A DNA stretch of 64,000 bases from the IMG/VR virus record IMGVR_UViG_3300007535_000003, positions 1-64,000 of that record; one strand, given 5' to 3'. The notes below the pieces were generated by a model that was given only the letters and a program-made list of their open reading frames with translations, made no database searches and was not told where the DNA came from. Each line of letters begins with the position of its first letter. Position 1 is the stretch's first letter. Positions 31,606-40,845 of the stretch are shown here, piece by piece. The position numbers were made by a program, and so were the translations under genes. Origin of the DNA: a virus.

Positions 31606-31880
31606 ACCAAAGACTCTTTTTGTTCCAAACTGTCAAATATATGTAAATGACTTGGTAAATTTTCAGCAGTATGAGTAGATTCATTTTCTGTTACAAGCCT
31701 ATAAGCATGTTCAAATACTTCTTTAGGAGACCAACTCCTATATCCATCCCCATAAACCACCATATAACCTTCCATATCCGTATCAGCCCTTGTCTCAAAA
31801 CCTTCTGCTTCTTGGAATTGGTTGAAACTCAATGGCTCTGCTAATACTATTTTTGTACCTATATATGCTTTCATAATCAA
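31602..31880 (-). CDS. Conserved phage protein
   Basis: YIGTKIVLAEP...GYMVVYGDGYRSWSPKEVFEHAY motif. Confidence 0.6.
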   Translation of the reverse strand: MIMKAYIGTKIVLAEPLSFNQFQEAEGFETRADTDMEGYMVVYGDGYRSWSPKEVFEHAYRLVTENESTHTAENLPSHLHIFDSLEQKESLV

Positions 31881-31899
31881 AAGTTTAGTAGTTCTACCC

Positions 31900-32169
31900 C
31901 TAAGTAAATATCTTACCTAGCGCCCAATCTAATTCTCTGGGGGTCTCTATAACGCTAAAATGCCTTAATGCTTTACCTTTCCTAATTGTAATAGTATCAT
32001 TAAATGTATTCCACTTTAAGCTGTGTTCGTCCCTTAAGAACCTCCTAGCGGAACCTTGCTTTGTTACAAATACAAATCCCCTATCTTCTATATCTTTTAA
32101 TTCTAATTTGTCCATACCGAATACATCTCTTACCCATGATATGAACCTTGCTTTAATTTTTTTAAACAT
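31900..32169 (-). CDS. Hypothetical protein
   Basis: ORF in tightly packed operon. Confidence 0.5.
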   Translation of the reverse strand: MFKKIKARFISWVRDVFGMDKLELKDIEDRGFVFVTKQGSARRFLRDEHSLKWNTFNDTITIRKGKALRHFSVIETPRELDWALGKIFT

Positions 32170-32198
32170 TCCCTTAAATTTTAATTAATTTTATTCCC

Positions 32199-32549
32199 TT
32201 ATTGCATATCTAAAATAAATACTGTCTCGCTTATATTACCAGATACATCTGGTATAAATAGGCTGTTAATATAATAACCATTATTATCTTCCCTTAATAC
32301 ACCTTTAAACTTAAGCTTGGAGAGGTATTTGCTTAAGTTAGATTTCTTAAGGTTCATTTCACTCATTATATAGCGCCTATTCTCAGTACTGAGTATATCC
32401 TCTTCATCATTGCTACGATTGTTCTCCAGTGCTAGTAATAAAGAAAGTACCTCAGCTTCTTTACCTGTTAACTGTAACAAGCCGTTAAGTATCTTAACGT
32501 ATTCACTATACAACTTGTCTTTTGATATAACCTTTTTAAATGCTTTCAT
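32199..32549 (-). CDS. Winged-HTH protein (RepL-like)
   Basis: LTGKEAEVL...NLKKSNLSKYLSKLKFKGVL...INSLFIP. Confidence 0.6.
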   Translation of the reverse strand: MKAFKKVISKDKLYSEYVKILNGLLQLTGKEAEVLSLLLALENNRSNDEEDILSTENRRYIMSEMNLKKSNLSKYLSKLKFKGVLREDNNGYYINSLFIPDVSGNISETVFILDMQ

Positions 32550-32769
32550 TGACTAACATTTCACGTATTGTTTTTACTCGCTCATTAAGGTTTGTAAGAA
32601 AGGCCACATATTCTTTATATAATTCATCCATAAAAATAGTCTCTGGGTAACCCATTATATTCTTAGAGTATTCATCTATTTGATCATCTAAAGACTCCAT
32701 TACCCTAACTAGTTCTTCATGCATCTTAAGCCTATCTGTTGCCTTAGGCTCTTTACCTCTCCTTTTCAT
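32536..32769 (-). CDS. Hypothetical protein
   Basis: Overlapping-operon ORF. Confidence 0.5.
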   Translation of the reverse strand: MKRRGKEPKATDRLKMHEELVRVMESLDDQIDEYSKNIMGYPETIFMDELYKEYVAFLTNLNERVKTIREMLVNESI

Positions 32770-32772
32770 AGC

Positions 32773-32940
32773 CTATTTATTAGTAATTAATCTCCTTATC
32801 TCTTCAATCTTTTTACGCCTTATATTCTTGAATTCATCTGCTATATGATGTGCATCTTCCTTTTCAGCTTTCCTTATATTCTTCCTTAGATCGCTGAGTT
32901 CCCTGAGTCTCTCCTTGACCCTCTCTTCATTTGAACCCAT
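32773..32940 (-). CDS. Small hypothetical protein (55 aa, below the ORF-track cutoff)
   Basis: MGSNEERVKERLRELSDLRKNIRK... fills the gap between neighbours. Confidence 0.45.
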   Translation of the reverse strand: MGSNEERVKERLRELSDLRKNIRKAEKEDAHHIADEFKNIRRKKIEEIRRLITNK

Positions 32941-32955
32941 TTAAATATTTATTAA

Positions 32956-33315
32956 CTATTCAACTAAGTATTTGTCATTCTTATCTTCAGATTCTACAGC
33001 ATCATAGTCCCAAGTACCATCATTGTATACTTTAAGATCTGAAGACTTCCTATGTCTGTATATAAGCTCCTTTTGCTCAAAAGGTTTAATAACTGAGAAG
33101 CTAATATTAAACCTACGCTTACGTTTATCCCCTACTGATTTAGTGGGTTTATTAGCTTTAAAGTCTTCAGCTATAAGAGCTCTAACATAGTCCCTCTCCT
33201 CTTTAGACTCTGGAGTACGTGTATAGTAGTCTTTAGAATCTACATTATCAACATTCACACCTGCAGTACCCCATGTACCATCTGTCCTTAATACGTTTAT
33301 TTGCCTATTTAACAT
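32956..33315 (-). CDS. Hypothetical protein
   Basis: 119-aa ORF. Confidence 0.55.
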   Translation of the reverse strand: MLNRQINVLRTDGTWGTAGVNVDNVDSKDYYTRTPESKEERDYVRALIAEDFKANKPTKSVGDKRKRRFNISFSVIKPFEQKELIYRHRKSSDLKVYNDGTWDYDAVESEDKNDKYLVE

Positions 33316-33329
33316 AATTACCTTTTTAT

Positions 33330-33473
33330 TTATTCTGTTACAAATTTAGCAAATTTCTTTGCTGTCCTGACTATCTCTGTGTCAGTTACTTCTTTATCGC
33401 CTTTAAGAAAGAATAAAGCCTCCCTAAGGCATTCTAGCCTAAACTGTTCAACTGCTTTCTGTTGTTCATCCAT
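33330..33473 (-). CDS. Small hypothetical protein (47 aa)
   Basis: MDEQQKAVEQFRLECLREALFF...; preceded by the late promoter motif at 33494-33518. Confidence 0.5.
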   Translation of the reverse strand: MDEQQKAVEQFRLECLREALFFLKGDKEVTDTEIVRTAKKFAKFVTE

Positions 33474-33612
33474 AATTAATAATTTAGTACTGATACGTAT
33501 ATTTAGTTAAAAGGTTATATAATACTGATAATAAAAAAACCCCAGCCTTACTGGGGTTAGACTGGAGTTAATAACCATAGTCCATACATAAGCAAACTGA
33601 TTAAGTTAGTAA

Positions 33613-33912
33613 CTACTCAACTTTAACTTGCTTACCTAGGTCTTCCAATTCAATCTTTGATATACTTATACTTAGGATACCATTTTCATATTTAGCTCTT
33701 ACATTGTCAAGGTCTAGATTCCTAGGTAAAGCATACCATTCATTAAATAATACCTTACGTGCCATAGCTTCACTTTCATGACTAGCCTTAACATGCAACT
33801 AACCTAACTCGGTAATAACTTTAATATCTGATTTGTCAACGCCAGGGAGTACAACATCAACTACAAAATTACCTTTATCATCTTCACGCTTATAAATCTT
33901 TTCTATCAACAT
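33613..33912 (-). pseudogene. Hsp20 small heat-shock protein with one in-frame TAG (33799-33801)
   Basis: MLIEKIYKREDDKGNFVVDVVLPGVDKSDIKVITELG*LHVKAS...ALPRNLDLDNVRAKYENGILSISI; alpha-crystallin motifs on both sides of the stop. Confidence 0.8.
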
Positions 33913-33981
33913 ATTTACTATCTCCCCTTTTTAGTTTTACTCTTTGATTTACGCCCAGTTTTATATGATTGCCCATAGGCA

Positions 33982-34224
33982 TTACTCTGGGGGCCTTTTA
34001 TTATCTAACCTATAAATTAATTCTTCAGGGCTTGATATACTGCCTTTAAACTTATAAAATACTTCATCATCTTCAGTACCAGTCTCTTCATCAACTATTT
34101 CAGCTGCTTTTATGTTACGCCTAAACATAACATCAACTCCTGACTTATTTTCTGTACCTAAGTTAAACCTAGCTACATCAGTCCTATTATGGAGAATATC
34201 CCTAAATTCATCTTTTAAACTCAT
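33982..34224 (-). CDS. Hypothetical protein
   Basis: 80-aa ORF. Confidence 0.5.
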   Translation of the reverse strand: MSLKDEFRDILHNRTDVARFNLGTENKSGVDVMFRRNIKAAEIVDEETGTEDDEVFYKFKGSISSPEELIYRLDNKRPPE

Positions 34225-34279
34225 AAGCTAAATAAGCTATTTTATTAATTTTTAGATATACCTATCCCCTATAATCGTA

Positions 34280-34500
34280 AAATTTGCCCTAAGTTTTCGC
34301 TAAACCAGTTCGTCACCTCTTGTTGGCTACACCCACCCCTATTTTTTCCATTCTATATAGACCTGTTGGGTCATAGGGTGCTTAGCTTATACTTAGGGTG
34401 TTTTTGGCACTATCGGGGACAATATACTTACTAACCCAACTTCTGACCCCCTAACTACCTCTCGGCCCTCGGGGGCGATCTACCTCTCGGTAGGTGCCTA
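34280..34500 (-). ncRNA. Putative structured ncRNA
   Basis: ORF-free, GC-richer; several nested stems, a GAGA tetraloop and a possible pseudoknot. Confidence 0.45.
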
Positions 34501-34509
34501 TTAGTTAGA

Positions 34510-34761
34510 CTACCTGCCTAACCAATTACGGTACTTATACTTATATTGGGTTGAAAAGGTTTCATTTTCACCCTCAAAATTTAACCTGGTTTGCCCAGAT
34601 TGTTCTTGGTTAAGGTTATGTACACTTTCATCATATTTATACAAAGACCTCACATGTTCGCCTAATTCCTGATCATTAGGCATATTCCTAACAGCACTAC
34701 TTACTTGCTTGTTCCTTGCTATCGCTCTCCTTATATATTCTCCCGTAGATGTCATTATCAT
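34510..34761 (-). CDS. Hypothetical protein
   Basis: 83-aa ORF overlapping the GroES-like gene. Confidence 0.45.
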   Translation of the reverse strand: MIMTSTGEYIRRAIARNKQVSSAVRNMPNDQELGEHVRSLYKYDESVHNLNQEQSGQTRLNFEGENETFSTQYKYKYRNWLGR

Positions 34762-35188
34762 TCTCTTTAGTTATATTCCACATACCTAATATATCATATA
34801 TATTTAACAAAACTGAGTCCCTATATAAGTCAAATTGAAATACACTAGGCCTCTCATGATAAACTATTACATCCCCTTCTTCAAGGTCAAATTTATCCTT
34901 ATTACTATTAGATATGGATAGAACTACACCACGCCTAACATTAGCTTTAACTTCTTTCGTAATAGTTTCAGTTTCAGTCTTAGGGCCCTTCTCAATTTCC
35001 TTTAGAGACTTCTTCTTACTAACCCTATCATCCTCCTTAAATACTATCTCTTCTCGTTTCAAATGTATAGGTTCCATCGGCTTTACTAACACCTTGTCGT
35101 CTAAAGGGGTAAATGGTATCTCTAGACGTTGTATCGCTTGTTTGTCTTGTTCTTTCAATTCTGTTGATGTTTTCACTGCTTCCGCCAT
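34697..35188 (-). CDS. GroES-like co-chaperonin
   Basis: FTPLDDKVLVKP...RRGVVLSI...LEEGDVIVY...LLNIYDILG. Confidence 0.75.
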   Translation of the reverse strand: MAEAVKTSTELKEQDKQAIQRLEIPFTPLDDKVLVKPMEPIHLKREEIVFKEDDRVSKKKSLKEIEKGPKTETETITKEVKANVRRGVVLSISNSNKDKFDLEEGDVIVYHERPSVFQFDLYRDSVLLNIYDILGMWNITKENDNDIYGRIYKESDSKEQASK

Positions 35189-35789
35189 AATAATTATTTA
35201 TAAGTTTAGTGATTACTACCACTGTTATTAATATCATTGTGAACTTTAATAAAGCTTCAAATATTGTATCTTCTGCCTTATTTTTCATACCCTATTATAC
35301 TCAAATTATAACAAATAGTTTCAAAAAATTTTTTATATTATATATAGTCAAGTGAAGGTATCACTACTCTGTGTATACACCCCTCCCGCATAATATATAG
35401 CTGAGTACGGGTTCCACCTTGTATCAACCTCCCCTATGCAGTTTTGAGGGGAAAAGGGGGGCACCTTTAACTTTTATTCCCCAAAGCCAAGGTAAGTTAA
35501 TAAGTCTAAATATTACCTTAGGAGGCTTTGTAAAACGGCAACAAAGAATAACTCCTTAACCCGCCGTGTTTATTTTATGATTCTCAAATCACTATCAGGC
35601 TTTAAAAAAGTCTGGGAGTGGTTCTTTTGCTGAAGTATCTCATAGCACTGATAGTGTTACTATGAGAAATGGTACTTATCTTCAGCTTTTCTTACACTCC
35701 CTTCATGACAGTAAGTAAAATAAGGTACCCTTGCCAATATTCTCATAGGACTGATAGTAAGTTATAAACCTTTAAAATAATCAACAGTT

Positions 35790-36404
35790 ATGGAAAAAAA
35801 AGTCTATGAAATTGCTGGTGTCAACCGGCACAGCAAGACCACAGTACGTGGTGAAGAGATAGAATATGTCTCACTTGCCCTGCAAGAAAAAGGTCGTAAC
35901 ATATTCAAAAGCTCTAACACTGACCCATTTGTCAACATCTTTGGTAGCAATGCCAACGACAAACGCAAGATCGAACTTGTCAAAGCTTGCAAAGATGACA
36001 ACGATAAGTACGATCCAGCTAAGCTTAAAGCGCTAGGTGATGTCGAAGGTTATTTTGCTACCCTCAGTGTGTCACCGTACTACGTCAAAGATCGGGAAGG
36101 TAACTATATGAAGTACCCCGATGGGCACCCTGACAAAGGGAAGCCTATGATCTCTACTCGTATCAGCGTGTTTGTTTGGGCTGGTGACGAGTCATCTCTG
36201 GAGGAGATCAAGACCATGAACATGGGTAATCGTGAGTTAGTGCCAACAACTGAACTTGACCCTAACCGATACGCATCTGCTAGTGCCAAACTGGTACTGC
36301 GTAAGGCTCAGGCTGAAGAAACAGCAAGAGGTAAGCCAGTTGATGACGAGTCCATTGGTGAGTCAGAGACTGAAGATCAGCAACAGCAAGGTCAAAAGAT
36401 CTAA
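35790..36404 (+). CDS. First gene of the rightward (early) block, hypothetical
   Basis: 204-aa ORF, GC-richer codons than its neighbours, followed by a terminator. Confidence 0.75.
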   Translation: MEKKVYEIAGVNRHSKTTVRGEEIEYVSLALQEKGRNIFKSSNTDPFVNIFGSNANDKRKIELVKACKDDNDKYDPAKLKALGDVEGYFATLSVSPYYVKDREGNYMKYPDGHPDKGKPMISTRISVFVWAGDESSLEEIKTMNMGNRELVPTTELDPNRYASASAKLVLRKAQAEETARGKPVDDESIGESETEDQQQQGQKI

Positions 36405-36410
36405 AGTACT

Positions 36411-36439
36411 AGGGGTTACAGTGTGTAGCCCCTTTTTTC
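36411..36439 (+). terminator. Rho-independent terminator
   Basis: AGGGGTTACA-GTG-TGTAGCCCCT followed by a T-tract. Confidence 0.75.
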
Positions 36440-36497
36440 ACTAAGCTAAATCATGGTATTCCTACAAAATAAGTACCAATAACTAAATTAATTAATC

Positions 36498-36581
36498 ATG
36501 GAATTAGAAACAGCTGTTATAATTATGACATTATTTGCCATGCTTATAATAGTAATTATAAAAGGCAATAAGGATAAATAG
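36498..36581 (+). CDS. 27-aa membrane peptide
   Basis: MELETAVIIMTLFAMLIIVIIKGNKDK; flanked by near-identical TAAGTACnnATAACTAAATT repeats. Confidence 0.4.
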   Translation: MELETAVIIMTLFAMLIIVIIKGNKDK

Positions 36582-36882
36582 TAAGTACTGATAACTAAAT
36601 TGAGTACTATCAGATCTGAAAGTTTAGTCCAAATTTGGACTGTCTGAAGTATGTTGGCATATCCCCAAATAAAGCCATATAAGCTGTTTATAGTCTAAAT
36701 AGACCTGTAGTACCTAAACTACCCTATGAAGGCTTTAAATCGCTTAAAAAGGGCATTTATGGGCAAATGAGGGAGAGTGTTATAGGTCGTCTAAACTCAC
36801 GCCTCAATCAGCCCTAATTTCACATAATCAATAACCCAACCTATATAATACTAATAGCTATAAACCACAAAAATATACAACT

Positions 36883-37266
36883 ATGAATAAAATTGAATTA
36901 ATTGGAAGAGGTACAATAATTAACATTGATGATATTAATTATTGTATTGAATCTCACAGCCATAATGACCCTGAATTAACAAGCTCAGTCTATCCCAGTA
37001 GGTACCTTTGCGTATTTGTCATTAAAGATGGGATAAAGTTTAGGATAGGATATATTAACTACAACGAACTAACCTGGTTTGATACACAAGCAAGGGAACA
37101 ACTTATAGAGCATCCTAGTGATATAAAACAAGTTACTGTTATTAATGTCTTAAATTCGGTAGAGTTTAGTGTAAAAAGACTCCACACACCTTTACATGAA
37201 TTTGATAGGCTGGATGAAGAGAACAGGGAAATGGTATTTGAAAGATTAGTTGACACTGAACTTTAA
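36883..37266 (+). CDS. Hypothetical early protein
   Basis: ORF preceded by the motif. Confidence 0.6.
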   Translation: MNKIELIGRGTIINIDDINYCIESHSHNDPELTSSVYPSRYLCVFVIKDGIKFRIGYINYNELTWFDTQAREQLIEHPSDIKQVTVINVLNSVEFSVKRLHTPLHEFDRLDEENREMVFERLVDTEL

Positions 37267-37277
37267 ACCACAAAACT

Positions 37278-37538
37278 ATGAAAATAATAAAAATAGTATT
37301 TAGGGTATTGTTAGTACCTATAATAATAGCAGCTGAATTAGCAATCACAGCTGTATGTGGGTGGGGTATAGGGAAACTAATCCTATACTTTACACATGTA
37401 GATGAAATAGATTTGTTAGCATGCGACAGTTCAGTCCTTGAAACTATGTACTTAGGGGTAATCATTATAGTAGCATTTGTAACAGTATGTTTACTATTAT
37501 ATATAATATACTTATTAATTAAAGAATTTATTATATAA
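37278..37538 (+). CDS. Small membrane protein
   Basis: Two TM segments; preceded by the motif. Confidence 0.6.
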   Translation: MKIIKIVFRVLLVPIIIAAELAITAVCGWGIGKLILYFTHVDEIDLLACDSSVLETMYLGVIIIVAFVTVCLLLYIIYLLIKEFII

Positions 37539-37551
37539 TCAAATCAATAGT

Positions 37552-37758
37552 ATGACTAGAGAGCAAATAACATTAGTAATAAAGAAACGTGAGGATTTAT
37601 TAGAACAAAATCCTAATTTAAGGAAGGGTCAAGCATTCTACCTAATGTTAAGTACATACTTCTATCACAAAGCAATGGAAATTACAGCTACAAAATTTGA
37701 CCCATTCTATGAAGATAAGAAGATTCCCAAGTGTATTAACTATCTTTTAAATCATTAA
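37552..37758 (+). CDS. Hypothetical early protein
   Basis: LRKGQAF...DPFYED. Confidence 0.55.
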   Translation: MTREQITLVIKKREDLLEQNPNLRKGQAFYLMLSTYFYHKAMEITATKFDPFYEDKKIPKCINYLLNH

Positions 37759-37786
37759 ATACTATTAACTACAAAACTATAAGATT

Positions 37787-38308
37787 ATGAAGATTTACAG
37801 ATTTAAAACTAAGGAAGAACTCATGAAAGAGTTTGGTTCTAATTTTAGAACTAAAGCACGTTTTAACAGTGAAGGTGAGATGGATTACCTATTCGGTACA
37901 CCAGTGACAAAAGACTTCTATGAAGAAGTTGCAAACCAAGGTATTGCTATGATAGACAATGTAAATCCACATGCTTATCCCACCTTGTGGTCTGTCAACA
38001 ATAAAATGTTAACCTGGAACTATAAACCTAAAAGGGGGGAAATAGTTGTAATTACACATTACCACAGTGGTAATATTGAAGGTACAGTTACTAAAATATT
38101 GGAAGCAAAATGGTACAGTGATTTAATATTATGTGAAGCCTTTACTGGTGATCCAATTAGAAATTTAAGACACCTAAACAAGCCTGCTTGGTTTGAAGCA
38201 GAGTATAGACCTGCTACTGAAGAAGAGAAAGAATTCTACAGACTTGCTAAGAAAAAGGGGCGAGTTGCCATAGTAGGGCAAAGTAGTGGAAAACCACACA
38301 TCTGTTAA
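37787..38308 (+). CDS. Hypothetical early protein
   Basis: YRFKTKEE...MDYLFG, RPATEEEK. Confidence 0.6.
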   Translation: MKIYRFKTKEELMKEFGSNFRTKARFNSEGEMDYLFGTPVTKDFYEEVANQGIAMIDNVNPHAYPTLWSVNNKMLTWNYKPKRGEIVVITHYHSGNIEGTVTKILEAKWYSDLILCEAFTGDPIRNLRHLNKPAWFEAEYRPATEEEKEFYRLAKKKGRVAIVGQSSGKPHIC

Positions 38309-38363
38309 ACTAAACCACAAAGCTACAAAGTTATAAATAAGTTAAATTAAACCACAAAATAAA

Positions 38364-38606
38364 GTGATTGAAAAAGGATTAGAAAGACTTAATAATCGTA
38401 AAGCCAAGCTTCTCAGGGATAGGGAAGCAATCAGTACAGGTAGAATAGTATTTAGGAATAATAGGTTGTTAAACAACAAAAACTACAACCCATTGTTTGC
38501 AGAAGAATACAGATTCTCCCTCATCAGCTACATTGACAAGAAAGTAGTGGAAATTGATGAAGAGATTGCAAAAAGTGAAGCTCCCCAGTTAGGTATGGGG
38601 AGCTGA
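38364..38606 (+). CDS. Hypothetical early protein
   Basis: GTG start after the motif. Confidence 0.5.
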   Translation: MIEKGLERLNNRKAKLLRDREAISTGRIVFRNNRLLNNKNYNPLFAEEYRFSLISYIDKKVVEIDEEIAKSEAPQLGMGS

Positions 38607-38630
38607 TTATTAACCACAAAATATAGATGT

Positions 38631-39035
38631 ATGACATCAAAAGCATTAGTATGGTTAAATTCCAACAAAGTACAGATTGGGGATCGAGTATTATTACTAC
38701 CTGACGTACTCAAGGACAACCCTACAGAAGAATTAGCAGGACATGCTGTAGTAATTACTGGGTTAATACCTACAAAGGATTATAAGACAGCCTATGTAGA
38801 AGTAGGTAAACGTCTTCCTATTGGTGTAATAGGCTATTGCCAACCTAATTATTATAGGCTGCTTAAAGCTACTCATTACAAGGTTAAGCAAACAGGTACA
38901 AAATGGCCTAAGTCAACTAATTGGCACAAGATCACAGATTTCTTTGTGATGCTAAAAGGTTGGGAATACCAATTTGCTATCAAGGAAGATGGTTATATGA
39001 TCCCATTGCAAACCAGGAAGTGGTGGAGATTATGA
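38631..39035 (+). CDS. Hypothetical early protein
   Basis: ORF after the motif. Confidence 0.55.
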   Translation: MTSKALVWLNSNKVQIGDRVLLLPDVLKDNPTEELAGHAVVITGLIPTKDYKTAYVEVGKRLPIGVIGYCQPNYYRLLKATHYKVKQTGTKWPKSTNWHKITDFFVMLKGWEYQFAIKEDGYMIPLQTRKWWRL

Positions 39036-39361
39036 TAAGTAGGTGGCAAATATCCGGCAAGACCTTGGATAATAAGCTACTAGTCTCGTTTTTAAAGAAA
39101 GAGAGTTTATTAAATAGGTTTATTGATCTAACATACTTCTTTGCTTCTAAAACATCTAAGTTAAAAGCATCAAAGAGTGACCCATTTACGAGTACTAACA
39201 GCCCATTAAATATAAACGGGGATCTAAATGCTATATCACAAGCATTTCCATGGGCAGCATCAATCGAAAGGGAACTATTCTGGTGTTCTATTGACAAAAA
39301 GTACAGAAAGTATGTAAAAACTAAAAAAAGGGAGGCTAAATATGAAAACCAGGTTAGATAG
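39032..39361 (+). CDS. Hypothetical early protein
   Basis: ATGA overlap with the previous gene; AFPWAASIE...FW. Confidence 0.5.
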   Translation: MISRWQISGKTLDNKLLVSFLKKESLLNRFIDLTYFFASKTSKLKASKSDPFTSTNSPLNINGDLNAISQAFPWAASIERELFWCSIDKKYRKYVKTKKREAKYENQVR

Positions 39362-39524
39362 AGCTAAAACTAGGCTTTCAGGTCAGCTGAATAGGCCTAA
39401 GTCCAAAAATATGCGAACTCGTGGAAAGAAAGTAATTGATAAGCGAGTACCAAGGGATGAAGAGCGTATAGTTGAACTGCAACAACGGATTAGCAGGCTA
39501 AAACGAGAGCAACATACGCAGTAG
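39342..39524 (+). CDS. Small basic protein
   Basis: 60-aa Arg/Lys-rich ORF. Confidence 0.45.
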   Translation: MKTRLDRAKTRLSGQLNRPKSKNMRTRGKKVIDKRVPRDEERIVELQQRISRLKREQHTQ

Positions 39525-39828
39525 AACCACAAACAACAGAACTGTAGTAACCCATGTAGGATTAAGCCAGATGGTTGCTGCACAAACAGTAGGTCTTTAA
39601 ATAAAACTATACAGACAACACCATAAATAGTTGTCACCCCAAAGAAAGGGTATGAATGCTGAAGTACAGCTGATACAGCTCTTTCCCTACTGTTTTCCAA
39701 TAACAGGTATTTTTTTGAGGACTTTTGTCCACCAGATTATAACAAATAGTTTAAATACCGTAATTATGAGAGTACTTAAGCCACCTTAATTAACAACAAC
39801 TAAAATTTATTTATTATTATTTTAGAGA

Positions 39829-39872
39829 TTAAATTATTAAAACTAAACAGTTAAATTATTAAAACTAAACAG
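39829..39872. repeat. 22-bp perfect tandem duplication
   Basis: TTAAATTATTAAAACTAAACAG x2. Confidence 0.9.
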
Positions 39873-39957
39873 GTAGATCTATTCTGACAGATACGCGCTC
39901 ATTGAGGGTGGGATCTACCTGTTTATCTTATACAATAAACCACAAAAATTAAGTAAG

Positions 39958-40578
39958 ATGAAAAAAAACTTTAACAAAGAAATAGACATACTTAGACAGC
40001 TTCTCATATATAAGGAAAACTGTCAGTACGAAATGAGCTTAAGACAGCCGATAGGTGACGGACCTATGGCGCTTGTAAGTAGAGCCAGGTATGTTACAGG
40101 GTATATGTCTACAAGGTGGTTTGATCTATTTGACATATACAAAGAGTTACAACTAACAGTTGGTTGGAATTTAAGTGATTTATTAAGTAAAAGCATAATT
40201 GACTTAGGATGTGGAACAGGATTACTTGTAGACTTATTCAGCATAATATTTAAGAAAACTTATGGAATAGAAGCTGATTGGAATCTTTGTAAGATAGCTA
40301 CAATAATGAGGCCTCATCTAGAAATATACAATGGATATGTACAGGAAAGAGTAGACTTAATACTCAGGTTAGATCCTGACATTATTTATGCTTTTAATAT
40401 CACAGGTGAACCAAGAGAAACATTTGATGAGTTATTCAGGAAGATGCGCAAGGGACAAGTATTTGTACATCTAGGGGGCTCAACAGAGATAGAAGAGTTA
40501 ATAGATGAACACAAGTTTAATACATCTAACAAAGAGGAAGATAGGCAATCAGCCAGAGTACTGATAGCTATTAAATAA
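39958..40578 (+). CDS. Class I SAM-dependent methyltransferase
   Basis: IIDLGCGTG, YGIEAD. Confidence 0.8.
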   Translation: MKKNFNKEIDILRQLLIYKENCQYEMSLRQPIGDGPMALVSRARYVTGYMSTRWFDLFDIYKELQLTVGWNLSDLLSKSIIDLGCGTGLLVDLFSIIFKKTYGIEADWNLCKIATIMRPHLEIYNGYVQERVDLILRLDPDIIYAFNITGEPRETFDELFRKMRKGQVFVHLGGSTEIEELIDEHKFNTSNKEEDRQSARVLIAIK

Positions 40579-40596
40579 AACCACAAAATTAAAAAT

Positions 40597-40725
40597 ATGG
40601 ATTGGGAACAATCAAGAGACGAAGATAGAGAATTTGATCCTAATGATGGACAAGATATCTACGGATGCATACTAGGAGCAATTATGTGGATAGCACTAAT
40701 AGCACTAGCGATTTTCTGTAGATAA
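40597..40725 (+). CDS. 42-aa membrane peptide
   Basis: Acidic N-terminus plus TM (GCILGAIMWIALIALAIFC); motif upstream. Confidence 0.5.
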   Translation: MDWEQSRDEDREFDPNDGQDIYGCILGAIMWIALIALAIFCR

Positions 40726-40845
40726 ACCACAAAAATGAAATTGTTAAAAATATAGAGAGATCTTGGAGCCCAATCAGGGCTATCGGCGACGACACGGTGG
40801 TAACCAGCCCATACAGCAGTCGTACTTCAGGTCTCCCTAACTTAT

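Noticed and set aside
34420-34450. RNase P CR-V-like string (minus strand CAGAAGTTGGGTTA)
   Set aside because: No matching CR-I (GAGGAAnGUC) element found, so RNase P is not supported
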